64,000 bases of DNA from an uncultured Candidatus Rokubacteria bacterium (GCA_963708025.1 CAVPSB010000035.1:10800-74799); one strand, 5' to 3'. Positions 30,245-40,611 are shown, counted from the stretch's first letter. The notes: a model not told the origin generated them from the sequence alone. Made by a program: numbers and translations.

Positions 30245-31697
30245 TCATCGCGGTCGGCCGGATGATCGTCCCCTTCGCGGTCTTCCAGCGGCACGGCCCG
30301 GCCGGCCGGGGGCGGCGGAGGACGGCTCTCCGCTCGCCGCGTGCTGGGTCCAGTAGTGGTGCGTCTTGGCGACGGCGGTCACCACGTTCCGGATCTCGCC
30401 GTCCAGGGCGAACCGGGGCCCCGCCGGGAGGTAGAGGACTGCGCCCTCGCGCCGCGCCATCACGTTCTCGACGACGATCGCGCGCAGCAGCCAGACAGCC
30501 ATCGTCTCACTCGCGCACGCGATGCCGATCCAGCCGGGTGGCCCGTCGTCGACGATGTCGAGCCCGGTGATCATCCGGATCCCTCGCGCGAGCTCCTCCA
30601 GCACCGCGTGGTAGCCCTCGGGGTCCGCCAGAACCTCCTCCCGCGAGACGGGCTCGAGCAGTGTCCCCCGGTGCGGCGGTCCCCCGGCCAGCGCCAGCTC
30701 GCAGAAGCCCTGCCACATCACGTCCCACGCCACGCGCCCGTCGGGATCGCGCTGCACGGCCGCCGCGCCCATCGGCGCGCTGCTCACGGAGACGCCGGGG
30801 TCCCGGTAGCGCGGGGGGAGCAGGGCTGCCATCCGGGCCTCGACGTCGGCGAGGGAGGCGCCGTCGTGGGCATGGGCCTGCCGGAGCTCCTGGACGACCC
30901 GGGCATCCAGGAGCGCCTCGACGTAGCGCCGCACGATCGCCGGGAGGAGCGCCGGGTGAGGGTCGAGCGGCCGGGCGAGCACGACCGCGACGCCCGAGGC
31001 CTTCGCGCCGGCACGAGCCTGCTCGGCCAGCCGGCGATACGTCCGTCCCGCGAAGAGGAGGTGGGGCACGACGACGATCCGGCGCGCGCCCAGCCGCGCC
31101 CATCGACGGATCGCGTCGGCGCACGGTGGGGGCGGTCAGGTCGACGAAGGCGTAGCCGACGTCGGCGAAGCGATGCGCCTCGTAGACGAGCCGCGCCAGC
31201 CGGGCCAGCTCGGCGTTGCCGACGGGATTGGCCCCGCCGCCCCCGGCGATCACGACCACCACCTCGCCGGAGGCGGAGGACCGGCGAGAGCGCCCGCCCG
31301 CCGCCGCGCGCGCGCGGTCGCCGAGGATGCGGGCGACGTCGTCGGTGTCCGGTGGCTCGCCGCGGTGGACGCGCAGGCTGCGGCCAGCGCTGGGCGATCC
31401 GGGCCAGCAGCGTCCCGAGGCGCCCCGCCGGCTCGCCGGCCAGGCCCAGCACGAGCGGCAGCGCGACGAGCCGGGCGGCGCCGCGGGCGACGGCCCGCTC
31501 GACGGCGCCGGCCAGCGGGTCGTCGGGGGCCGTCCAGGCAGGCACGGCTCGACCGCGTGCCCGAGCCGCGCCGCGAGCCGGCCGGCCAGGCGCCGGAGGG
31601 CGTCGCCCGAGCCGGGGTCGCGCAGCGCGAGCAGCAGGGTGACGGGGCGGTCGGCTCCCGGGCCGGAAGCGAGGCGGTGAGGGGGTGTCCGTGGCAT
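30245..31697 (-). pseudogene. CbiX/SirB-type double-domain chelatase-like protein with C-terminal extension; at least 3 frameshifts
   Basis: Pieces lie in three frames: MPRTPPHRLASGPGADRPVTLLLAL..., AVERAVARGAARLVALPLVL..., GEVVVVIAGGGGANPVGNAELARLARLV..., and RIVVVPHLLFAGRTY.... Frame changes are near 31545, 31385 and 31115. Confidence 0.6.
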
Positions 31698-31778
31698 CGC
31701 CCGACGCGTCGATGATACGATACACGCGCGACGGACGGACGATCCACCCACGCCCGGACTCTCACAGGAGCGACGACC

Positions 31779-32888
31779 ATGGCGGAAGCGCGGCTGAACC
31801 TGCCCTTCACCGGGCTCGTGTCCTTCATGCGCGTCCCGGCCTGCACGGATCTCACGGCCATCGACGCGGACATCGCGATCCTGGGCACGCCGACCGACGA
31901 GGGCTCGCCGTGGAAGCCGGGCGCCCGCTTCGCGCCGCGGAAGATCCGGGAGCTGTCGGTCAAGTACGCGGGGTACGGGCCGACGCAGAACCAGCTCGGC
32001 TACTACGACATCGAGGAGGACCGGCGCTACCTGGAGTACGAGCGGCAGCACCGCCGCATCGTCGACTGCGGGGACTCCGACATCATCTACACCAACGTCC
32101 GGCGCACCTTCGACAACATCACGCGCGACGTCAAGGCGATCCTGAAGGCGGGGGCCTTCCCGGTGGTCATCGGCGGCGACCACGCCGTCACCTACCCGGT
32201 CGTCCGGGCCTACCAGGAGCGGCTCAACGTCGTCCACTTCGACGCCCACCTGGACTACCGGCCGTTCATCCACGGGGTGCAGTGGGCCAACGGGAATCCC
32301 ATCCGGAACGTCTCGCAGCTCAAGAACTGCCACCACATCATCCAGGTCGGCATCCGGAGCCTCCGCACGAGCCAGGCCGACGTGGCGGACTCGCGGGCGC
32401 GCGGGAACGACGTCGTGACCATCCCCGAGTTCCGGCGGCGGGGTCACCAGGCCATCGTCGACCGGCTGCCCAAGGGCGAGCCGGTCTACGTCTCGATCGA
32501 CATCGACGTCCTGGACCTGCCGCTGGTTCCGGGGTGCGCGTCGTCGGAGGTGAACGGGCTCACCTACGACGAGCTGCGCCAGACGCTCTTCGCCATCGCG
32601 CGGAGCCGGGAAGTCATCGGCTTCGACCTGGTCGAGGTGAACCCGATGCTCGACGTGGCCTCGGACAACACCTCGCTGATCGCCGCCCAGCTCATCATCG
32701 AGTTCCTCGGGCGGATCGTCGAGCACCCGGGCTACCGCAAGCGCCACCCCATGCGCGAGGCCGCCCCCACCAACGGCCGCGGCCGCCCGGCGCCGGGCCG
32801 GCCGGCGCCGGCGACCTCCTCGGACGGCGGCCGTCTGCGGACCGGCAGCGCCCGGGTGGGAGCCGCCCGCTCAGCTCGAAGGCGGTGA
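31779..32888 (+). CDS. arginase/agmatinase/formiminoglutamase-family ureohydrolase
   Basis: Contains ILGTPTDEGS, GGDHAVTYP, HFDAHLDY, SIDIDVLD and GFDLVEVNP, the Mn-binding motifs. Confidence 0.9.
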   Translation: MAEARLNLPFTGLVSFMRVPACTDLTAIDADIAILGTPTDEGSPWKPGARFAPRKIRELSVKYAGYGPTQNQLGYYDIEEDRRYLEYERQHRRIVDCGDSDIIYTNVRRTFDNITRDVKAILKAGAFPVVIGGDHAVTYPVVRAYQERLNVVHFDAHLDYRPFIHGVQWANGNPIRNVSQLKNCHHIIQVGIRSLRTSQADVADSRARGNDVVTIPEFRRRGHQAIVDRLPKGEPVYVSIDIDVLDLPLVPGCASSEVNGLTYDELRQTLFAIARSREVIGFDLVEVNPMLDVASDNTSLIAAQLIIEFLGRIVEHPGYRKRHPMREAAPTNGRGRPAPGRPAPATSSDGGRLRTGSARVGAARSARRR

Positions 32889-32946
32889 GCGCCTCCTCTG
32901 GCTGCTTCATGCTGACTACCCCCCGGGGTATACTCCGAAGCAGAGT

Positions 32947-33546
32947 GTGCTGATGGCGACCGCCTTGGCCTCACGACACTTCACCGCACTGGAGTTCGAG
33001 CGGATGGCTGCGATGGCCATCTTCGGCGACGACGAGCGTGTCGAGCTGCTGGATGGAGTGGTTGTCCCCATGACGCCGATCGGTGACCGCCACATCGGTT
33101 GTGTCAACTACCTCACGGACTGTCTGGGCGACCGCCTCCGGGGCCGCGCCCTCATCCAGGCTCAGAGCGCGATCCAGCTCGCGCCCGACTGGGTTCCCCA
33201 GCCGGATGTCGCCATCCTGCGACGCCGCCAGGACTACTATCGGAAGGGCAAGGCTCGGCCTGAGGAGGTCTTCCTGCTCATCGAGGTGGCGGACACTTCG
33301 GCCAGCCTCGATCGCGACGTCAAGCTGCCAGGCTACGCCCGCGGGGGAATCCCGGAGGTGTGGCTGGTCGATCTCGACGCCGATCTCATCCTGGTGGCAC
33401 GCGACCCGAAACCGGCGGGGTACGCGGTCATCGCCTCCCATGCTCGCGGCTCGGCTCTCCGACTCCCCGGCTTCCCGGACGTCACGCTGACCGTCGATGA
33501 GATACTCGGTCCGCTGGCATCCGACGCGCGTGGCGACAGCCGGTAG
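32947..33546 (+). CDS. Uma2-family (DUF820) restriction-endonuclease-fold protein
   Basis: 199 aa. Contains FERMAAMAIFGDDERVELLDGVVVPMTPIG..H and PDVAIL...LLIEVADTS...D...K...Y...GIPEVWLVDL. The start could also be the ATG at 32953. Confidence 0.85.
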   Translation: MLMATALASRHFTALEFERMAAMAIFGDDERVELLDGVVVPMTPIGDRHIGCVNYLTDCLGDRLRGRALIQAQSAIQLAPDWVPQPDVAILRRRQDYYRKGKARPEEVFLLIEVADTSASLDRDVKLPGYARGGIPEVWLVDLDADLILVARDPKPAGYAVIASHARGSALRLPGFPDVTLTVDEILGPLASDARGDSR

Positions 33547-33548
33547 AC

Positions 33549-33715
33549 GACAACACGTCGCTGATCGCCGCCCAGGTCATCATCGAGTTCCTCGGGCGGA
33601 TCGTCGAGCACCCGGGCTACCGCAAGCGCCACCCCAGGCGGGAGGCCGCCCCCACCAACGGCCGCGGCCGCCCGGCCCGGAGACCGGTCGGCTCGAAGGC
33701 GGTGAGCGCCTCTCT
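33549..33715 (+). pseudogene. displaced duplicate of the agmatinase 3' end
   Basis: It starts 2 nt after the Uma2 stop. The first 128 nt differ from 32664..32791 at 4 positions by my manual alignment. Reads DNTSLIAAQVIIEFLGRIVEHPGYRKRHP. Confidence 0.85.
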
Positions 33716-33733
33716 AGCCGCTCGCCGATAGCC

Positions 33734-34726
33734 ATGCCGGAGCATTCACGGCGCGTCCTGCTGGCCGCGCTCGCGCTCGGTCTCCTCGCGGCATCGCTCG
33801 CCGTCGAGGCGCAGCCCGCGGGACGCGTGTATCGTGTCGGGATCCTCCTCGAGGTCGCGCCACCCGCCCCGTCGGACCGTGCCACGCAGTCGGTCCTGGT
33901 CCCGGACGCCCTGCGTGAGCTGGGGTACGCCGAAGGCCAGAACCTCCTCGTCGAGCGGCGATTCGCCGGGGGCAAGCGGGACCGCCTGTCCGGGCTGGCC
34001 CGGGAGCTGGTCCAGCTGCGGGTGGACGTCATCGTCGCGGTCAGCAACGAGGCCACCCAGGCGGCCAAAGACGCGACGAAGACAATCCCCATCGTCATGC
34101 TCGGCGGCTCGGTGGTGGAGCGGGGGTTCGTCGCGAGCCTTGCTCAGCCCGGCGGGAACATCACCGGGGTTGCCATATCGGAGACCACCCTGGCCGCCAA
34201 GCGCCTGGAGCTTCTCAAGGCAGCGGTCCCTCGCGCCACGCGGATCGCGGTCCTCGCCAGCGGCGCGGAATACCAGGCGACCCAGCTGCGAGAGGCGCAG
34301 GAGGCGGCGGCATCCCTCGGCATCACGCTGGTTGTCGTCGAGGCCCGGGACGCGGACTACGGCCGCGCATTCGTCCGGATGGTCTCCGAGCGGGCCCAGG
34401 CCCTCTCCGTGTTCTCCAGCCCGCTTCTCCATCGCGATCGGAGGCGGATCATCGAGCTGGCCGCGAAGCACCGGCTCCCCGCGATCTACCAGTGGCGCGA
34501 GCACGTGATGGAGGGAGGCCTGATGGCGTATGGCAGCAGCCTCTCCGGGCTCGCCCGGCGCATCGCGGCCTACGTCGATCGGATCCTCAAGGGGGCGAGG
34601 CCGGCCGACCTGCCGGTGGAGCAGCCGATCGTCTACGAGCTGGCCGTCAACCTGAAGACCGCCAGAACTCTCGGCCTCACGATCCCGCCGTCGGTGCTGG
34701 CGCGAGCGGACGAGGTCGTCGAATGA
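33734..34726 (+). CDS. PF04392-type (ABC_sub_bind) periplasmic binding protein
   Basis: Contains signal peptide, AQPAGRVYRVGIL, GGNITG, RILKGARPADLPVEQP and NLKTARTLGLTIPPSVLARADEVVE. Confidence 0.9.
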   Translation: MPEHSRRVLLAALALGLLAASLAVEAQPAGRVYRVGILLEVAPPAPSDRATQSVLVPDALRELGYAEGQNLLVERRFAGGKRDRLSGLARELVQLRVDVIVAVSNEATQAAKDATKTIPIVMLGGSVVERGFVASLAQPGGNITGVAISETTLAAKRLELLKAAVPRATRIAVLASGAEYQATQLREAQEAAASLGITLVVVEARDADYGRAFVRMVSERAQALSVFSSPLLHRDRRRIIELAAKHRLPAIYQWREHVMEGGLMAYGSSLSGLARRIAAYVDRILKGARPADLPVEQPIVYELAVNLKTARTLGLTIPPSVLARADEVVE

Positions 34727-34754
34727 CGCGGCAGCGAGCCCGCGTCGTCGCCGG

Positions 34755-35354
34755 TCACATGAGCCGGACCCGGAGGTCGGCCGGGCGGCCGGCGTTGGTC
34801 GGCGCCAGGTCCTGGGGGCACGCCGAGCAGGCCGCGATCAGGTCGAGGCGCGCCAGCAGCGTGACGTAGTCGTCCGGCCTCGCGGTGGACGCCGCGCTCA
34901 GGAACCGGCCGTCCGGCAGCACCGGGGAGTTCTGGAACAGGTTGACCGGGTCCGGCACCCGCCAGTCCGGGATCCCGTGGGGCGCCAGCACCTCCACGAA
35001 GTTCATCCGGCAGCTCCGGTGGTCCTCGACCCCGAAGTCGCGGCGGTAGCGATAGGGGTCGCAGGCGGCGGCCAGGATGTCGTGGACGCCGACGGTGTCC
35101 TCGACCAGGTCCACGATCTCCCGGCGGTGGTTCGTGAAGAGGCTCTGGCCCTTCCCGATCCGCCACGCGGCCAGGCAGCGCCGGGTGTGGCTCGGGCTCA
35201 GGAACTCGGTGAGGTCGGCGGCGTTGAAGGCGATGAAGTCGCCGACCTGCTGGCCCCGGGTCTGGGCGATGGTCACCCGATCGCCGGCCCGCATCGACCA
35301 GAGGCGGGCGTGGCCGGCGGGAATGACGAACTCTCGCGGACTACTGTCGCTCAT
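34755..35354 (-). CDS. DUF1989 (urea carboxylase-associated) family protein
   Basis: 199 aa. Contains VIPAGHARLWSMRAGDRVTIAQTRGQQVGDFIAFNAADLTEFLSPSHTR. Confidence 0.8.
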   Translation of the reverse strand: MSDSSPREFVIPAGHARLWSMRAGDRVTIAQTRGQQVGDFIAFNAADLTEFLSPSHTRRCLAAWRIGKGQSLFTNHRREIVDLVEDTVGVHDILAAACDPYRYRRDFGVEDHRSCRMNFVEVLAPHGIPDWRVPDPVNLFQNSPVLPDGRFLSAASTARPDDYVTLLARLDLIAACSACPQDLAPTNAGRPADLRVRLM

Positions 35355-35387
35355 CCACCACTCTCCATTCGACCAGGCGGTGGTCCG

Positions 35388-36386
35388 CTACTCGATGACC
35401 TGATCCGCCCGCGCCAGCACCGAGGGCGGGATCGTGAGCCCGAGGGCCTTCGCGGTCTTCAGGTTGATCACCAGCTCGAACGTGGTGGGCTGCTCGATGG
35501 GCAGGTCGGCAGGCTTGCCCCCTCGGAGGATCCGGTCCACGTAACCGGCCGCGCGCCGATACATGTTGACCGTATTGGCTCCGTAGGCCATGAGGCCTCC
35601 CGCCGTCGCAAAGTCCCTCTGCCCGGCAATCGCGGGCAACCGGTGCCTGGCTGCGAGCCCGGTGACCTCGGTTGTGTGAGCGTTCAGCGGCGCAACATTC
35701 GCCACGAGGAGCGCTTGCGTGCCGTCCTTGACCATGGTCGAGAACGCACCCGCGAGATCGCTCGGGCCGCGCACCCCGTGGCGCTGGAGCTGCATTCCCA
35801 ACGCCCGGCCTGCCGCGCCCATGTCCTTCCAGTTGGCCTCGGCGACGGGTCCCGGCTGAATCCCCGGAACCCAGAGATACCCCACGCGGAGAGCATTCGG
35901 CAGGGCCTCCTTCAGTAGCTCCAGCCGCTTCAGGGTGAGCTCGAAGTCCTGCATGGAAAGCCCGGTCACGTTGCCACCGGGCCGGGCGAGGCTCGCCACG
36001 AGCCCGCTCTCGTCTGGCTGGCCGACCGACGCCATGACGATGGGAATCGTGGTCGTCGCTTGCTTGGCGGCCCGCGAGCCGGGCGTGCCGTGGGTCACGA
36101 TGAGGTCGACCTTGAGGCCCACCAGCTCGGCCGCCAGGCCCGGCAAGCGGTCGTACTTCCCCTCGGCCCAGCGATATGCGATGACGAGGTTCTTGCCTTC
36201 GTCGTACCCGGCGTCCCGGAGCCCCTGTCGCAGCGCGGCGATCTGGCGCGCGTGTTCCGAAGCGGACGTCTCGCCGAGGAAGCCGATCCGATACATCCTT
36301 CCAGCCGGCTGCGCCTCGGCGGCGAGCGGCGAGACGAGGAGGCCGAGCGTCAGAATGACTCCGAGGGCGAGCCGTGAAGCGGTCAT
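35388..36386 (-). CDS. PF04392-type (ABC_sub_bind) periplasmic binding protein
   Basis: ATG at 36386 follows AGGAGA. Contains AQPAGRMYRIGFLG...GGNVTG...RILRGGKPADLPIEQP...NLKTAKALGLTIPPSVLARADQVIE. Confidence 0.9.
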   Translation of the reverse strand: MTASRLALGVILTLGLLVSPLAAEAQPAGRMYRIGFLGETSASEHARQIAALRQGLRDAGYDEGKNLVIAYRWAEGKYDRLPGLAAELVGLKVDLIVTHGTPGSRAAKQATTTIPIVMASVGQPDESGLVASLARPGGNVTGLSMQDFELTLKRLELLKEALPNALRVGYLWVPGIQPGPVAEANWKDMGAAGRALGMQLQRHGVRGPSDLAGAFSTMVKDGTQALLVANVAPLNAHTTEVTGLAARHRLPAIAGQRDFATAGGLMAYGANTVNMYRRAAGYVDRILRGGKPADLPIEQPTTFELVINLKTAKALGLTIPPSVLARADQVIE

Positions 36387-36448
36387 GCTCTCTCCTGCGG
36401 CCCGAGATCGTGACGCTTCATCGGAGGTCTGCCGATACCCCGGACGGT

Positions 36449-38030
36449 CTACGGGACGGCCTGGCCGGCCAGGATGCCGGTGCAGCGCTCGCCGTCCACC
36501 GCGACCTGGCCGTTGACGACGACGTACGGGATCCCGCTCGGGAACCGGCAGGGGTCGTCGTAGGTGGAGTTGTCGATCACGCGCTCGGCGTCGAACACCA
36601 CGACGTCGGCGAAGTGGCCGGCCACCAGGCGCCCCCGGCCCGTCAGCCCGAACCGCCGGGCCGGGGCCTCGGTCATCCGCTGGACCATCGTCTCCAGGGG
36701 CGGGCCGTCCAGCTCCCGGCGGAGCCGGCCGAGGAAGCGGGGGAACGCCCCGTAGCTCCGCGGGTGGGGGAAGCTCCCGGCGGGGGTGATGTCGCTGCAC
36801 GCCATGTAGTCCGGCCGGGCCAGCAGGGTCAGGCAGTCGCGGCTGACCTGGCGCCAGAGCGCCGCGCTCCGGGGCGGGGCGGTGACGTGGCCGACGGCGA
36901 GCTCCCCCTCGAGCAAGAGCTCACAGAGCGCCTCGCCCGGCGAGCAGCCGCGCCGGGCGGCCAGGTCCGGCATGCTCATCCCCTCGAGGTCGGGCTGGCG
37001 CGGGGCGTACGACACGACGAGGTCGGCGAGGGGGATCGTCTCGTCGCGCTCGAGCGCGTCGGCGATCTTCCGCCGCTCGCCCGGATCGGCGAGGCGGGCC
37101 AGGATGGCGTCGGGCCCGCCGTCGTGGACCGCGCTCGGCAGGAGGCTGATCGCGATGGAGCTGCCCGACGGGTAGGGGTAGACGTCGAAGGTGACGTCGA
37201 GGCCCTCGGCCTTCGCGGGGTCGATGCGGGCCATGATCCGGTCGATCCGCCCGGCCGTCTCCGGCGCCGTGCGATAGTGGGCGAAGTGGAGCCGCACGCC
37301 GGAGCGGCGCGCCACCTCCAGCGCCTCCGCCACGCCGTCGCCGCCGGCGGCCCGGTCGAGGTTGGCCCGGCGCGGCTCGCACATGTAGACGCCGCCGGCC
37401 TCTTGCACCGGTCCGCGCGAGCGCGATCAGCTCCGCCGTGTCGCCCCAGGGACCGGGGTAGTACTTGGAGCCCGTCGAGAAGCCGACGGCGCCCTGCTCG
37501 AGCCCCTCGCGGACGAGCCGGCGGGCGGCCTCCAGCGCCTCGCCCACGAGCGGAGCGTCCCGGAAGCCGAGCACCTCGAGCCGCACCGTGCCGTGCGGCA
37601 CCAGGTACGCGGTGTTGACCGCGACCTTCCGGTGGTAGTGGGCGCGGAAGGCGGCGACGCTCCGCATGTCGAGGTCCTCGGGCGGCTCGCCGAGGAGCCC
37701 GCCGAGCCAGCGGCGATAGGCGCGATAGTTCGCCGGCGACAGCGGGGCGTAGGACATCCCATCGATCCCCAGGAACTCGGTCGTGATCCCCTGGCGGAGA
37801 CCCATCGCGTGCTGGGGGTCCGTGAGGAGGGCACCCTCGGCGTGGGTGTGGGGGTCGATGAAGCCGGGCGCGACGGTGAGGCCGGTCGCGTCGATCACCC
37901 GCCCGGCGTCGGCGCGGGCGAGGTCGTCGACGGCGGCGATGGTCTCGCCCTGCACGCCGACGTCGGCCCGGCGGCCCGGACCGCCGGAGCCGTCCACGAC
38001 CGTGCCACCGCGGATCACCAGGTCGAACAC
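36449..38030 (-). CDS. N-acyl-D-amino-acid deacylase (D-aminoacylase) family amidohydrolase, one frameshift near 37410
   Basis: GTG at 38030 follows GGGAGGAG. The N-terminus FDLVIRGGTVVDGSGGPGRRADVGV...APGFIDPHTH lies in ORF 36921..39950. The C-terminus lies in ORF 36449..37408 (...ADVVVFDAERVIDNSTYDDP...VVVNGQVAV). Confidence 0.85.
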
Positions 38031-38050
38031 GAGGGTCTCCTCCCGCCCAC

Positions 38051-39209
38051 CTACCGGACCGTCAGGTCGCGGTCGAGGGCCGTCAGTCGCTCCACGCCGG
38101 TGTCGGTGACCAGGACCGGGTCGCCGAGCGCCACGTAGACGCTCGAGTCCGGGGCCAGCAGCCCCGAGTGGAAGAGGAACGTCATCCCGGGCTGGAGGAC
38201 GTGGGTGTCGGTCTCCTTGATCCGGAGGTTGTCGATCCAGGTCGGCGGGTAGCCGAGGCCGATGCCGTAGCCGACGTGCTGGCCGCGGCGCGAGTAGCCG
38301 TGCGTGGCCATCGTCTCGTGGACCCGCCGGGCGACGTCGGCCGTCGGGACCCCGGGCTTGATCAGCGGCGAGGCCGGCGTCGGTCGCCTCGCGGATGGCG
38401 TCGTGCATCGACTGCATGCGCGGGCTCGGACGACCGAGCGAGGCCGTGCGCATGTTCACCGCGTGGTAGCGGCGGAAGCAGCCGCCGACCTCGAGCAGGA
38501 ACGGATCGCCGGCCCGCACCTCGCGGGTGGTCGCCGCCCCGTGGGTCTGGGTGAGGGTGCGCGGCCCGGTCCCCATCGGCGGCGCCACCGACGGGTGCTC
38601 GCCGCCCGCCGTGTACATGGCGTGGACGACGGCGGCGTGGACGTCGCACTCGCGGATCCCCGGCCGCAGGACGTCGAAGGCCGCCCGCGCGCCGGCGTCC
38701 ATGATCTGCCCGGCCCGCCGCATGCAGGCGATCTCGGCCGGCGACTTGATCAGGCGCAGCTCGGTGACGAGATCGGAGGCGTCCACCAGCTCGGCCTCGC
38801 GAGCGCCTCCCGCAGGAGGTCGTAGTAGTAGGGCAGGAGGGCGTGGCTCTTTCGCTCGATGCCCGATGCGGCGGCCGCCCGAGCAGGCCCACGCTCGCGC
38901 AGCACGTCGGCGGTCTGCTGGGCCGGGTCGCGGGTGGCGTCGTCGAGCCAGACCCGCACGTCGTCCACGATGCCGCCCTCCCGCACCAGCAGCTCGTCGA
39001 CCTTGCGCACGATCGCGGTCATCGGCTGGTCGGCGGCCGGCACCACCAGGACCTGGTAGACCCAGTAGCCGATCTGGTCGTAGCCGGCCAGGTAGAACAT
39101 GTGCTCCTGGTGGAAGACCAGGAGGACGTCGAGGCCGGCCTCGCGCATCGCGGCGCGGGTCCGGCGCAGCCGCGTCGTCGTACTCGGACCGGGCGAAGGG
39201 CAGGCTCAT
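38051..39209 (-). pseudogene. M24 family peptidase (creatinase / Xaa-Pro dipeptidase-like); at least 3 frameshifts
   Basis: MSLPFARSEYDD / MREAGLDVLLVFHQEHMFYLAGY (ORF 38750..39148) / LIKSPAEIACMRRAGQIMDAG...FLLEVGGCFRRYH / HETMATHGYSRRGQHVGYGIGL (ORF 38051..38311). Frame changes are near 39170, 38800 and 38370. Confidence 0.75.
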
Positions 39210-40598
39210 GGTGTTGGCTCCGGTGTCAGCGCGGCAGTCAGGTCGGCCACGGTCTCGAGCGTTTCCAGCTTCTCCACCAGCGCGCGCACGGCGGCCGCCC
39301 GCTCCGGTCCCAGGACCGGCTCCGCCAGCTCGCGGTACTTCTGCTCGACCTCGGCTCCGGACAGCGGGTCGTCGGGGCCGCCCCGGGCGCCGGCCCGCGT
39401 CCGCTCGACGCGGCCGCGCGCCGTGTCGATCACGACGGTGGCCGGGATCCGCGCCGAGTCGCGCCGGGTCGCGTACGCGGTCTGAGCGACCTCGCTCGTC
39501 TCCAGCTCGATGCGGTCCATCAGCGCGTGGACCGCCGGGTCGCTGCGGTTCGTGGCCTGCCACCATTCCGACCGGGGCCGGTCGAGCAGGACCATGGCCA
39601 CCGCGTGGGGCACGCTGAACTCGGCGTCCACCAGCGTGGCCGGCCGGCGGGAGTGGAACCAGTCCCGGAACGACTCGATGCCGTGCACGGTGACGCGCTC
39701 CACCTCGTCCGGCCGGATCCCGTGCTCGATCACCAGCTCGCGCACGGCGTCCAGCGTCGAGTGGATCCAGCGGCAGCAGGGGTACGGCTTGAGCGACACG
39801 CGCAGCAGCTCGTAGTCCCCGCCCAGGCCGCGCGTCATGCGGTCGGGATCGCAGCGGTCCGAGCCGGCCATCAGCCAGAGCCCCTTGCTCGCCGTCGAGG
39901 ATCGTGCGGGTGGCCGGGAAGCCCTCGGCCGCCAGGAGGGCGGCCCGCACGCCCGCCCTCGGCGGGCCACGCCATGTTGTCCTTCACCCAGGAGAGCCGC
40001 CCTTCCTCCCAGCCGATCTTGCCCTCGTGGGGGAGCGGCGCGAAGGCGCCGGCCAGGCCGAAGGCGGCGAGCATCTGCTCGGCGTCCAGCTCCACGAGCC
40101 GGGCGACCGCGACGGCGGCGCCGAAGGTCTGGGTCACGCCGTTCCCGTAGACCCGGGTCCGTCGCTCCCAGCGTCGGCTGGATCGCGCCCGCGATGCGGG
40201 ACCAGACCTCGTAGCCGGCGAGGACCGCCTCGAGCAGCGCGGCGCCGGATCGGCCCCGGGTCTCGGCGACGGCCAGCGCGGCCGGGATGATCGTGCACCC
40301 GGGATGCCCGGTGGCGCCGGTGTCGTCGTAGTCGAGCGCATTGGCCGCGGTGGCGTTGGCGAAGGCGGCCGGCCCCGGCGCCGCCCGACGGCCGGTGCCG
40401 ACCACGGTGGCCGCGCCGGCGGTCGGCCGTCGCGACCGCCGCCGCCGCGCGGCCGAGCGGCGTGCGACTCCCGCCGAGCGCGCAGCCGAGGTGGTCGAGG
40501 ACCAGTGTCTTGAGCCGGTCGATCACGGCGGCCGGCGCGTCGTCGAGCGCCAGCGTGCGGGCGTGGCGGGCGAGGGTCTCGGTCGGTCCGGCGGTCAT
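39206..40598 (-). pseudogene. MmgE/PrpD family protein; about 4 frameshifts
   Basis: MTAGPTETLARHARTLALDDAPAAVIDRLKTLVLDHLGCALGG / AFANATAANALDYDDTGATGHPG / YGNGVTQTFGAAVAVARLVELD / SLKPYPCCRWIHSTLDA. Frame changes are near 40410, 40160, 39955 and 39885. AGGAGG precedes the ATG at 40598. Confidence 0.75.
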
Positions 40599-40611
40599 GC
40601 GGGCCTCCTGG

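Noticed and set aside
2593-33548. An integrase, recombinase or transposase inside or beside the cargo blocks that would explain the duplicated gene ends.
   Set aside because: I read all frames around each junction and found none. The only transposase-like sequence in the window is the short IS91-like tail at 49790..49960, far from these sites.
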